DNA of 64,000 nucleotides from IMG/VR virus record IMGVR_UViG_2912740531_000001, positions 1-64,000 of that record. One strand, 5' to 3'. Shown one piece after another: positions 8,972 through 18,464 of the stretch; the first letter of the stretch is position 1; every line of letters begins with the position of its first letter. The stretch is from a virus (lineage: Duplodnaviria > Caudoviricetes). The notes under the pieces were generated by a model. That model was not told where the DNA came from. It saw nothing but the letters and a program-made list of their open reading frames with translations, and did no database searches. Made by a program: the position numbers and the translations under genes.

Positions 8972-9616
8972 TCATCCGTCGACCACCTCGGCGTCGACGA
9001 CGTCGCCGTTCTCGAGCTGTGGCGGGTACTCCACCGCGAACAGGCTGCGGTCTAGGCGCTCTGCGAGGGCGGCCAGGTCGACGACCTGTTCCTCGGGGCC
9101 GACGGGTACGTCGCCCAGGCCGTTGATCTCGACCGCGACGACAGCGTCTTTGCCGTAGTGCTCGCGGTGCTGGCGCTCCAAATACCAGGCGTCGGCGCGC
9201 CAGTCGGGCGATGTGCGGTCCTCTACGGTCTCCTCGACGATCTCGCCGGTCACGGAGTCGCGGAACCGGCGGGTGGTGACCTTGGTGACGATGCCGCCGT
9301 CGGCGACGCGGCGGATGTTCATCATGGCGCGCGCGGCCGCCGTGGCGCGGGCGGTGCGGACTTTCTCGTACAGGGCTGCGTACTCCTCCTCGTCGGGGTC
9401 CGGGTCTTCGCCTGCCTCGCGGGCTTCGACTTCGGCGCGTCCGCGGGCCATCCACGCCAGGAAGCTCGAGCGGGAGACCCCGGCCATCTCGGCGGCCAGC
9501 TCGACGGCCACGCCCGTGCGCGAGGCGCCGACGAGGCGCGCCTCGACCTCTTCGGAGAGCAGGCGTGGGCGACCGCTGCGGCTCTGCGGCCGGCGTGCCT
9601 TGCGTCGGGTGGACAT
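8972..9616 (-). CDS. Terminase small subunit-like protein
   Basis: GRPRLL + HTH (AAEMAGVSRSSFLAW) and the DWRADAWYLER motif typical of TerS-like proteins. Confidence 0.7.
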   Translation of the reverse strand: MSTRRKARRPQSRSGRPRLLSEEVEARLVGASRTGVAVELAAEMAGVSRSSFLAWMARGRAEVEAREAGEDPDPDEEEYAALYEKVRTARATAAARAMMNIRRVADGGIVTKVTTRRFRDSVTGEIVEETVEDRTSPDWRADAWYLERQHREHYGKDAVVAVEINGLGDVPVGPEEQVVDLAALAERLDRSLFAVEYPPQLENGDVVDAEVVDG

Positions 9617-9636
9617 GGTGTTCCTCGGAGGGCGGG

Positions 9637-10275
9637 TCAGCGGCTGGAGGTGAACATGTGCCCGCACGCGGGGCACGTGGCGTGGGGAGCGCGGCCCTCG
9701 CCGTCGGGGCTGAGCTTGTCGCCGTCGCGTTCTCCGTCGTCGGGCAGGTGGAGCAGGGGCGTCTCGTCCTCGCGGCCGCCGCCGGGGAGGGTCTCGGGGT
9801 CGACCTGGCCGAGCATCTTGTCGATCTCTTCGTGCGGGATGGCTAGGGAGTCGAACAGCTCCGCCTCGTTGGTGGCTAGGTCCTCGAGGACCTCGGCGAG
9901 TTCGCGGGGGTCCCATCCGCCCTCGCCGGGCAGTCGGTTCAACTTGATGGCCAGGGCCTCGGCTTCGGCATCGTTCTTCGATGACCAGCCGCGCAGGATG
10001 GGAACGAGCCAGCCGCCGTCCTCGTCGATGGCGATGCCGCTCGGCGCGCGCATGCCGCGGGACTGCATCTCGATCAGGGACTCACGGCGGCCGTGGCCGT
10101 GGAGGGTTTGCTGGGTGCGCTCGTCGACGACTGGTATCTCCACTAGGCCGTGCATGTCGATCGACGCGATGATGAGCTCGAGTTCGTGCCGCTTCGGGTT
10201 ACGGGCCGCCGGTGTCAGGTCGGTGAGCGGCACGTAGGCGATGAAGCGCGGCGGCCTGGCGATCGTCTCGGTCAC
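9637..10275 (-). CDS. ParB/Srx-like N-terminal domain protein with C-terminal CxxC
   Basis: LTPAARNPKRH...SIDMHG..PVVDE...GHGR; C-terminal CPACGH; GTG start with RBS. Confidence 0.75.
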   Translation of the reverse strand: MTETIARPPRFIAYVPLTDLTPAARNPKRHELELIIASIDMHGLVEIPVVDERTQQTLHGHGRRESLIEMQSRGMRAPSGIAIDEDGGWLVPILRGWSSKNDAEAEALAIKLNRLPGEGGWDPRELAEVLEDLATNEAELFDSLAIPHEEIDKMLGQVDPETLPGGGREDETPLLHLPDDGERDGDKLSPDGEGRAPHATCPACGHMFTSSR

Positions 10276-10491
10276 GGCTGGTGCGGTCCTCTCCCATGCG
10301 TCGGTGTCCGGCAGCGGGAGAGGGCTGCGAGCCCGCGGACTCCTACCGCGGCGCCCCGCCTCGCAAGCGGGGCATGCCGTCATGGCCGGCCCTCACCCGC
10401 CGCCGGGCCGGTTCCGCCCTCGTACCGGATGGGGCGGAGCCGGAGCTCGGCCGCGTTCGGTGACGTCGCCGAATGCTGCAGAGCCGCAAGG

Positions 10492-10520
10492 AAGGTAGGA
10501 GGGCGCGCTGTTAGCGTCGC
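10492..10520 (-). promoter_or_regulatory. Late-type promoter motif (parB-terS)
   Basis: GCGACG-CTAAC..N17-TACCTT. Confidence 0.65.
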
Positions 10521-10591
10521 GTCCTCCACAAGGCGTTGCCCTGGGTGTACTATTCGGATCGGCTGGGAGAGCAACCCAGCTACCTGGGCCT

Positions 10592-10621
10592 AGGTGTAAC
10601 AAAAAGCGGCCGGCGGCGTAC
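10592..10621 (+). promoter_or_regulatory. ECF-type promoter 2 (replication operon)
   Basis: AGGTGTAAC-N16-CGTAC. Confidence 0.7.
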
Positions 10622-10704
10622 CTCAAAGCGACGCCCCGAGACACCCCGCCCGGGAGGACCAAAACCCTGGGCCACGGCGTCCGGGGAAAGAGAGGAACAC
10701 CCAG

Positions 10705-11307
10705 ATGTCGAACGACGTCGCCGACGGCACCCCGGTTGAGGAGCCGAAGGAGCTCCCCCTGCCGTCTCTTGCGCTGATTGGTGCGCTTGCCCGCGCCATG
10801 GAAGAGCATCAGGAGGTGGTCATCAAGCCGCGGAAGGACGCGCCGAAGGTGCCTCTGGTCGAGGGCTTCTTGAAGGAGAGGCGCAAGGACCTCGTCGTGG
10901 ATGTCGATGGCGTAGAGGTCGGGTACTACAAGGTCTCCACCACCAGGGACCGGTTCGAGGTGGCCGACCGGTCCGCGTTCGACGCCTACGCAGAGGGCAA
11001 GGGCGAGATCGACATCGTCATCACCGCGAAGCCTGCGTTCGAGAAGGCGGCGCTCAAGCACGCCACTGTCAGCCAGGAGACCGGCACCGTCTTCGACCGG
11101 CGGACCGGTGAGGAAATCCCCGGCGTCAAGTTCGTCCCGGGCGGGCAGCCCACTGGCAATGTCACCTGGACATGGAAGAAGCGCAATGGGGAGCCGGTCG
11201 GTAAGGACGTACTGCTGAGGGCTTACCGGGGCGGTCGACTCGACGAACTGCTGAAGGAGACGCCGGAGTTGCTGCCCACGAGGCAGCCCGGCGCGAGCGA
11301 CGAGTGA
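10705..11307 (+). CDS. Hypothetical phage early protein (weak Gam/Gp157-like C-terminal motif)
   Basis: RBS and GC3-rich codons; DRRTGEEIPGVKF motif. Confidence 0.7.
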   Translation: MSNDVADGTPVEEPKELPLPSLALIGALARAMEEHQEVVIKPRKDAPKVPLVEGFLKERRKDLVVDVDGVEVGYYKVSTTRDRFEVADRSAFDAYAEGKGEIDIVITAKPAFEKAALKHATVSQETGTVFDRRTGEEIPGVKFVPGGQPTGNVTWTWKKRNGEPVGKDVLLRAYRGGRLDELLKETPELLPTRQPGASDE

Positions 11308-11366
11308 CGACGGCCGCTTGGGTCCGGCCTCCTGCGGCCGGGCCCCTCTCCCCAGGAACCCAGACC

Positions 11367-11648
11367 ATGACCACGACTGCGACCGACCGGAGTCGGAACT
11401 TCTCCGACCGAGCGCACCGCATTCTTTTCGAGCTCGCCATGCATCCCGACGGCGAGTGGGTCGGCGTGACGTCCATCTACACCAGTCTCGGGCTGAACTC
11501 TCACGAGGTTCGCGGCGCCCTCACCGAACTGCGCAACGCGGGCATGGCCGAGAGGAAACGGCGCTACGTGCGCGACGAAAAGACCGGCCGCCGGACACAC
11601 CGCACCTACTTCCGCCTGACCGACACCACCAGCGAGGCATCCGCATGA
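11367..11648 (+). CDS. Small winged-helix DNA-binding protein
   Basis: SDRAHRILFEL...LGLNSHEVRGALTELRNAGMAER; ATGA-coupled to the next gene. Confidence 0.7.
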   Translation: MTTTATDRSRNFSDRAHRILFELAMHPDGEWVGVTSIYTSLGLNSHEVRGALTELRNAGMAERKRRYVRDEKTGRRTHRTYFRLTDTTSEASA

Positions 11649-12697
11649 CCAGCCGCCTAGCGAGCCCCACGGCGGTCCGTCACAACCGGCGTCGCCCCTA
11701 CTACGTCCACGTAGAGTCGACGACCGTCCGCAACACGCGCCTCAGCTACCGGGCGCTCGGGCTGTTGACCTATCTCCTCGATCAGAAGGAGGGGTGGCAG
11801 GTTCGGTCCGACCAACTCTCCAAAGGAGAGGGCCGCGAGGGACGTGAAGCCATACGGACCACGCTGCGCCTGCTCGCGGCTGAAGGCCACTACCGCCTCG
11901 AGCGGCGCCGACTGCGCAACGGCAAGGTAGTCATGGGCACGGCGGTGTCGGAGTATCCCGTGGAACAGTGGATCAAGGATCACGAGATTTTCAGCACCCA
12001 GAAGGATCCGGCCGTCCCCGTCGTCGAGCAGGAGGACGGCACGTTCTTCGTCGAGTACCCCGACGGCACCCTCGGCAGTGACGGGTTCGAGATCGACCCG
12101 TACGACGACGCGGAACCCCCCGCCGACCCGGAACCTGAGCCGGGTAAGGGCTTGGCTGAAGAGGAGCCACCCGCCGAGGAGCAGCAGCCCGCCACACCGC
12201 CGAAGAACGCCACCCGTACGCGACGCCCTCGCCGAACTCCAGCACAGAAGGCCGCCGATGACGCGAAGAAGGAGGCTGCAGCCAACCAGAAGGCCGAGGA
12301 GAAGGCTGCCCTGGACGCGGCCGCTGAGGAAGTCGCCAAGTGGTGGTGGGACGACGCCGAGAAGCACCTCGGCCCATTCGTCGGCAAGACGAACGGCTAC
12401 GTCGCCATGCGCGGCATGGTGAAAAAGGCGCTGGAGAAGGGCTACACCAAGCGGCAGTGCGCGGACGCCCTCCGGCACGCACGCAAACACCTACCAAGCG
12501 CGCAGCAGTGGCAGAACGCCCTTGGGGTCATCACCAACCGCATTGTTCCGAACCAGTCCAACGGGCGGGCCCCGTACAGCGACTCGGCGACCTGGGGCTA
12601 CCAGGGCGACGATCCGCCAAGCACGCCCGTCGGCACCACCAGCACCCCGGCAGACGACCTTGACGACGCCACCTTCGGCGTCCTCGCACGACCGTAA
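11645..12697 (+). CDS. Phage replication initiator (N-terminal wHTH)
   Basis: RLSYRALGLLTYLL...EGREAIRTTLRLL; lies upstream of a DnaC-like gene. Confidence 0.75.
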   Translation: MTSRLASPTAVRHNRRRPYYVHVESTTVRNTRLSYRALGLLTYLLDQKEGWQVRSDQLSKGEGREGREAIRTTLRLLAAEGHYRLERRRLRNGKVVMGTAVSEYPVEQWIKDHEIFSTQKDPAVPVVEQEDGTFFVEYPDGTLGSDGFEIDPYDDAEPPADPEPEPGKGLAEEEPPAEEQQPATPPKNATRTRRPRRTPAQKAADDAKKEAAANQKAEEKAALDAAAEEVAKWWWDDAEKHLGPFVGKTNGYVAMRGMVKKALEKGYTKRQCADALRHARKHLPSAQQWQNALGVITNRIVPNQSNGRAPYSDSATWGYQGDDPPSTPVGTTSTPADDLDDATFGVLARP

Positions 12698-12708
12698 GGA
12701 GCGCCACG

Positions 12709-13527
12709 ATGTCGGTCACCACGGACACCCGAGCCCCCGCTCCGGCGCGCGGCCTGAACGCCCTTGGAGATTTGAGCGCTCATCTCCTCGGTGTCCTCGA
12801 GCGCGGCGGCGCCGACATGTCCCAACTCGGCGTGCCCGCCCAGCCCGAGCCGGAGGACGGCCTCTGGGAAGACGTGGCCGTACCGCAGGCCCGCGCGCGG
12901 CGGAACATATGGCGGAACAGCATCCTCGATGCCTCGCACGACGAGTACCTGTCGTTTCGGCTCGACCACCTGGACGAGAACCAGAAGCCGAACACGCTTC
13001 GGAAGTGGCTCAAGTCGCTGGTGGAGGCTAAGAAGCTCGGTGCGCGGCCGTCGCACCTCAACCTGATCATGACGGGCAACATCGGCAGTGGGAAGACAGC
13101 CGGGGCAATAACGATCGGCAACGAGGCAGCGGAGCGGGGCCTGTGGACCCTGTTCGTCAAGCATGCCACCTACCTGACTTGGCGGCGCCCGGACTCTGCA
13201 CCACGCAACTTGAAGGCATGGGAGGTGCGCAAGCAGTTCGTGGAATGCGACCTGCTCATCCTCGACGAGCTTTGTGGCGAGATGGACATGACTGCCACCG
13301 AGTTCGCTCGCAGGGAGACCATCGACCTGATCGAATCCCGGATCGCGTCCGGTCGGCCCACGGCGTACACCACGAACCTGCGCAGCCGCAGGCAGCCGGG
13401 CAGTCAGGGCATGGGCGTGGTGGACATCCTGGGGGAGCGGCTGCTTTCCCGGCTCGAGTCCTCCGCCCACCTGGTGAAGGTCGTGGGCCCGGACAGGCGG
13501 AAGCCGGCGAAGCCGCTCGACTGGTGA
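12709..13527 (+). CDS. DnaC/IstB-like AAA+ helicase loader
   Basis: Walker A GNIGSGKT, Walker B LLILDEL, TTN, RLLSRL, GPDRR. Confidence 0.9.
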   Translation: MSVTTDTRAPAPARGLNALGDLSAHLLGVLERGGADMSQLGVPAQPEPEDGLWEDVAVPQARARRNIWRNSILDASHDEYLSFRLDHLDENQKPNTLRKWLKSLVEAKKLGARPSHLNLIMTGNIGSGKTAGAITIGNEAAERGLWTLFVKHATYLTWRRPDSAPRNLKAWEVRKQFVECDLLILDELCGEMDMTATEFARRETIDLIESRIASGRPTAYTTNLRSRRQPGSQGMGVVDILGERLLSRLESSAHLVKVVGPDRRKPAKPLDW

Positions 13528-13681
13528 CCACCGGAGCGAATAGGCCTATGTGTCCTGGAAACTGACGAGGTGGGAGTTGCAGACGCAGGCGCAAGAGGCG
13601 AAAGACGCTATATCGTTTAGTCGATCCGGAAGGCTATGAGCATACGCCGACCGGGGAGACCCGAACGAGAGGAAAGGTGTC

Positions 13682-14860
13682 TTGAAACGTCTGTCCGCCC
13701 GCTCAGACACGGATGAGGAGCCAAAAGCTCTCGATGACTCCGATGTACCGCCCCTCAGTGGCCGGGAGCGCTTTGGTGCTGGGCTGACCGCCCTGGGCGG
13801 GGCCGCCGTCGGAGGCCTCGGTTTCTATGCATCGTTCGACGCTGTGTCCAAGGCGGCCGCGTCCTGGGGCTTCACCGAACCGTGGGTCCTGCCCACCGCC
13901 ATCGACTCAGCCATCCCCGTCTTCACCGGGGCGTATCTCTTTCTCATCCGTATGGACATGCCGCTGTGGTGGGCGCGGCTCGTTCCCTGGGCCCTGAGCC
14001 TGGTCACCTGCGCGCTGAACGTCGCCTCCGGCGACTCCCTGTGGTCCAAGGTCGCCCACGGGGCCATGTCCCTGCTCTGGGTCGCCGTCTCCGAGATCGC
14101 CGCGCACACATACGCCGTCCGCATCGGCGCGGCCACCGGCCGCCGCCGGATGGACAAGGTGCGGCGGTCCCGTTGGTTTCTCGACCCTGTGGCCACCTTC
14201 CTGCTCTGGCGCCGCATGCAGTTGTGGGAGCTGTCGTCGTACGACAAGGCCCTCGAGCTCGAGCAGGAACGGCTCGAGTACCGGGCGCTGCTGCGTAGCA
14301 AGTTCGGTCGGGCCTGGCGCAGGAAGGCGCCCGTCGAATCGCTGCTTCCGCTGCAGCTCGTCCGCCACGGCCGCCCACTCAGGGAGACAGCCGCCGCCGG
14401 CCTGCTCGCAGCGGGCATCGAGCCCACAGGCATCTTCGCCTCAGCACCTGAGCCGCCCGTGCTTCCGGCCCCGGCCCTTCCGGTTCCGGGGGTGCCCGTC
14501 GTGCCCGCCCCGGCCAAGCCCCCGACTCCGTCCGTTCTGCCAGCCGTCAAAAAGCCCCGCCCCGTCGCGGTCACCGCGCCTGCGCAGCAGGGCGGCATCC
14601 CGCAGTGGAGTACCGAAGGTGAGCTGTACGAGATCATCAAGGACGTCATCGACAACGGCCGCCGGGACGTGTTCAACGGACCGCTGACCGGCAGGGCGAT
14701 CGGCCTGGTGCTCGGCAAGCACGAGGGCGAGGGGCGTAAGGTCCGTAGCCGCCTCATCAAGACCTATGCGGCGACGAAGGGCATCAGCATCCCGGACAAG
14801 GCCACCATGAACCAGGTCTTCGCCTTGTTTGGCCAAGCGCTGACGCCAGCCAACCCGTAG
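13682..14860 (+). CDS. DUF2637/SpdA-like membrane protein
   Basis: Four TMs with FYASFDAV...WVLPTAID; RWFLDPVATFLLWRRMQLWEL motif. Confidence 0.7.
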   Translation: MKRLSARSDTDEEPKALDDSDVPPLSGRERFGAGLTALGGAAVGGLGFYASFDAVSKAAASWGFTEPWVLPTAIDSAIPVFTGAYLFLIRMDMPLWWARLVPWALSLVTCALNVASGDSLWSKVAHGAMSLLWVAVSEIAAHTYAVRIGAATGRRRMDKVRRSRWFLDPVATFLLWRRMQLWELSSYDKALELEQERLEYRALLRSKFGRAWRRKAPVESLLPLQLVRHGRPLRETAAAGLLAAGIEPTGIFASAPEPPVLPAPALPVPGVPVVPAPAKPPTPSVLPAVKKPRPVAVTAPAQQGGIPQWSTEGELYEIIKDVIDNGRRDVFNGPLTGRAIGLVLGKHEGEGRKVRSRLIKTYAATKGISIPDKATMNQVFALFGQALTPANP

Positions 14861-14940
14861 GGCATCCTGCCCCTACCCGTACCGAAGCGGCGGGCTCCCC
14901 ACCTGGGGTGCCCGCCGCCTGCATGATCGGACCCTTCCAC

Positions 14941-15354
14941 ATGACACCGGAGATCCTGGCCCGGGTCGCTTCCGCTCGAGCGGCCCGTGACCTGTCCGAC
15001 CTCGCCCGGCAGGCTGTCGCGACGACCGCACAGACCGCCAGCCCGACGGAGCGCATCCGAGAGGCCCGCCGACTACGGGAGTTGGCCAACCAGGTTGTCG
15101 AACTGGTCGTGCTCGCCGAGGCCCTGGGCGGTGCGTCCTGGGAGGAGATCACGGATGCACTCGGCCGGCGGGAGCCGGGCACCGTGGAGCGGGAGTTCGC
15201 CGAGGACGTCGCCGAGTGGGGCGCCAAGACCGAGGAAGAGTTGGAGTGCGCGGCCGAGGGGCACGACGCCATTGACGAGTGGTACGCCCGGCATCGGGAG
15301 GACCAGGACCCGGAGCGCCCAGCTCCTGTTGCGGATCTTCTCAACAGGCATTGA
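14941..15354 (+). CDS. Hypothetical protein (GASWEEITDALG HTH-like)
   Basis: ORF with typical codon bias and an HTH-like motif. Confidence 0.65.
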   Translation: MTPEILARVASARAARDLSDLARQAVATTAQTASPTERIREARRLRELANQVVELVVLAEALGGASWEEITDALGRREPGTVEREFAEDVAEWGAKTEEELECAAEGHDAIDEWYARHREDQDPERPAPVADLLNRH

Positions 15355-15378
15355 GCTACCCGACCAGGCGGGTAGAAT
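15351..15378 (+). promoter_or_regulatory. Housekeeping-type promoter
   Basis: TTGAGC-N16-TAGAAT upstream of the AAA gene. Confidence 0.55.
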
Positions 15379-15474
15379 AGTAAGCCGATGTCAACGGCGA
15401 GAGGTTAAGCCCTCCACCGTTGCATCCTCCGCGGGAGAGCAACCCGGGGAACCACGAAGTGAGGGAACACCCAG

Positions 15475-17163
15475 ATGCCTGGTATCACCGCGCCTCAACG
15501 GCCGCGTACATCCCGGAAGCCGACCGGGCTGCCGAACCCGCCGATGATCCTCCTTGCGGGGGCTGAGAAGACCGGCAAGAGCCGTCTTGCTGCTGAGGGC
15601 ACCGCCTCCGAGTTGCTCGGTATGACCTTGTGGATCGAGATCGGGGGCTCGGAGGGAACCGCCGACTACTACGGCCGACTCCCCGGGGCCAACTACGAGA
15701 TCGTCAACCACGATGGCAGCTACCAGGACATCCTCGACGCCGTCCGTTGGGCCGTCGCCCAGCCGCCCGCCGTCGAGGGCAAGCGGAACATGATCGTGCT
15801 GGACAACTTCACGAACCTGTGGGACATGCTCAGCGACGAGCAGGCCCTTTACGCCCGGTGGAGGGCGGAGAAGAAGGCGAACGAGCAGCGCCGCCGCGGC
15901 CCCAACCCCGACCTCCCCGTCACCGTGGACCCCGACCTGTGGAACCGGGCGAAGGACCGGTGGGGCGAGATCCTGTGGCATCTGCGGCGGCACTCCGGCC
16001 CCGTGATCCTCATAGCCCGCCAGGAACTCGTCACCGCGTTCGAGAACGACAAGCCCACCCGGGACAAGACCCGCAAGACCAAGGCGGAGAAGAACCTCCC
16101 GGCCGCGGTCGACGCCATCGTTGAGCTCCACGCCCTGGGGGAGGCGTACCTGACTGGCGTCCGTACGCTGCACTGGGATGTCATGCCCGGCCAGAGCGAG
16201 CGGTTCGAGGATTTCAGCATCGACGCCCTGCTACGCCGCATGGGCTTCCAGGAGGCCGCCGCCGCTCGCCAGGTCACCGAGGCCCGGCCGGAGGCGTACC
16301 TGGACGAGCAGCAGAGGCAGCGCCCCCAGCAGAACCAGCAGCAGAGGCAGCGTCCCCCGCAGCAGAGGCAGGCTCCTGCCCAGCGGGGCGAGCGGCCGAA
16401 GCTGACCGGCGACCAGGCTGTCGAGCTGATTCGAAGGGCGCTCGCCGACGAGAGCAACCCGGAGGCCGAGCTGCAGGGCGTCCGGGAGACGTGGGGCATC
16501 GTCACCCTGCAGCAGATCCCAACCCGCACGCAGCAGTGGGGCGAGATGAGCGCGGACGACCTGATCACCCGCTCCCTCGCGTACGCCAAGGGTCGCGCCG
16601 AGTGGAAGCGGCAGCAGAGTGCCGATGGGCAGGCGGAGCAGACCTCGGCCCCGGCGGCGCCCCCGCCTGGCGCGGCCGCGGCGGACGGGGCCCGGGAGCA
16701 CCAGGTCCACGAGGAGTCGGAGCCGCCGGCCGACGACGACGCGCCCCCGCCGCCGGACCCGCAGGCAGAGGAGCCGCCGCTGGACGAGTCCCCGGAGGAC
16801 ACCAGCGCGGCCGAGGAGCCCCAGGACGTTCCCGCCGCCCGGCCTCCGGCTGTACCCCGCGCGCCCCGCAGGCCCCGGAACGAGGCCATCGCGCTCCGGG
16901 CGCTGAACGCCGAGGCGGACGTCCAGGCCCGGATCAAGATGATGACTGTGGGTGAACACCTCGAGCCGATCTCCGAGGCGGGCGACCCGCCCATGACCGT
17001 GCTCCGGGACTACCTCCAACAGCACCGGCCCGCGATCATCGCTCAGCTCGAGCAAGAGGGACACACGGAGCTCGCCGCCTACTACCGGAACGCCCCGACC
17101 GTCGACCCACAAATTCAGGAGAAGTTCGCCCCGTACTTCGCGGGCGCGCCCGCCGGGCAGTGA
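15475..17163 (+). CDS. AAA_24/Sak4-like ATPase (recombination/annealing) with long C-terminal extension
   Basis: Walker A GAEKTGKS, IVLDNFT, VILIAR. Confidence 0.78.
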   Translation: MPGITAPQRPRTSRKPTGLPNPPMILLAGAEKTGKSRLAAEGTASELLGMTLWIEIGGSEGTADYYGRLPGANYEIVNHDGSYQDILDAVRWAVAQPPAVEGKRNMIVLDNFTNLWDMLSDEQALYARWRAEKKANEQRRRGPNPDLPVTVDPDLWNRAKDRWGEILWHLRRHSGPVILIARQELVTAFENDKPTRDKTRKTKAEKNLPAAVDAIVELHALGEAYLTGVRTLHWDVMPGQSERFEDFSIDALLRRMGFQEAAAARQVTEARPEAYLDEQQRQRPQQNQQQRQRPPQQRQAPAQRGERPKLTGDQAVELIRRALADESNPEAELQGVRETWGIVTLQQIPTRTQQWGEMSADDLITRSLAYAKGRAEWKRQQSADGQAEQTSAPAAPPPGAAAADGAREHQVHEESEPPADDDAPPPPDPQAEEPPLDESPEDTSAAEEPQDVPAARPPAVPRAPRRPRNEAIALRALNAEADVQARIKMMTVGEHLEPISEAGDPPMTVLRDYLQQHRPAIIAQLEQEGHTELAAYYRNAPTVDPQIQEKFAPYFAGAPAGQ

Positions 17164-17496
17164 GGTGACGTGAGGTGACGCGCGCCCGACCTCCTTCGGG
17201 CGCGCCTCCCCGGCGTGCTTCCCCCTCCCACTCTCATCACCTCACCAGGGCGCGCCCGTGCTGCTCGCGCGCGCCCAGATCGTCCGCGCGCCGTTCCGCC
17301 CCTGCATCGCTTGTGTGCGCTCGGTCATTGACCGGGATGCCATACGGTCCGCGGGTGTTACGCCTTCTCCGTCCACCCCAGGAAAACCGTGCGACGGTGA
17401 GGCCGGGAGCGCAGGATCATGTTGTTCGAAGGGTCGTCCGAACCATCGAGACCCACGCCCCGACCAGGGCACGGCACGGCACGAAGGAACCTGATC

Positions 17497-18350
17497 ATGC
17501 GTCTGATCTTCATCGACGACAGCCGGCAGAGGAACTGCCCCCGCAAGGGCCTGGGAGACCTCGTCGCCCTCGGCGCCGTCAGCGTCCCCGAGAAGGCGAT
17601 CTCGCCGTTCGCCGAGTCCCTGCAGGAGATCAGGAACAATCTCGGCATCCCCGACGACGAGGAGCTCAAGTGGAAGCCGGCGAAGGGGAGCTTCCTGGCG
17701 ACCGCCGGGCGCGAACTCGTCACCCAGCTCCGCCGGCGCATGCTCCAGGCTGCGATTGATCACGAGATCCGGTCGATGGTGGTCATCCTGGACCACTCCG
17801 CGGCCTACACCGGACGCACGCTGGCCCAGGTCGGCCAGGAGATCCTCAAGTGGCTCTACGAGCGCATCACCATGCACCTGGGCGATAACGGGGAGATCGG
17901 CATCGTGATCGCGGACAAGCCTGGCGGCGGGCCAGCACAGGAGGGCAAGTGGCTCGCGGAAACACTCAAACTGACGAACGGCGGCACCGAGTACGTCAAG
18001 CCGGACAAGGTCGTACTGCCCATCGTCACGGCCCCAGCCACCACATTCCGCACCTGCAGCTTGCCGACCTCGTCGTCGCGGCGTCCACCGCGGCCGTCGC
18101 CGGCATCCCGGCCGGACTCGCCCTCAAGGACCTGCTCTATCCGCTCGCCCACCAGCACGGGCTCGGAGCCATCAACGGCGCCGGCGTCGTCATCTTCCCG
18201 GACCACCCCAACCTCTACTACTGGGCGTTCGGGGAGACGCTCTACGCGAGGCCGTCCTACATGATGGGCTACGACCTCCCGCGTCCCGAGAGCACGTACT
18301 TCGAGGACGACGGCCTTCAGGGCGAGACACCGGCCCCGTCGCCGGAGTGA
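17497..18350 (+). pseudogene. DUF3800-like (RNase H-fold) protein with a one-base frameshift near 18035
   Basis: N-terminal IFIDDS and ELKW; C-terminal S.HIPHLQLADLV continues in another frame after GCCCC at 18031-18035. Confidence 0.7.
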
Positions 18351-18464
18351 GAACGGTTCCGAGGAGGTCAACGGCATCGGGCGCCCGATAGGTGCGGCCG
18401 TCGCGGACCGAGCCTCGGGATGCCACCGTCGCGGTCATGGCACGGACGGCCCGATGTCAGTGCC

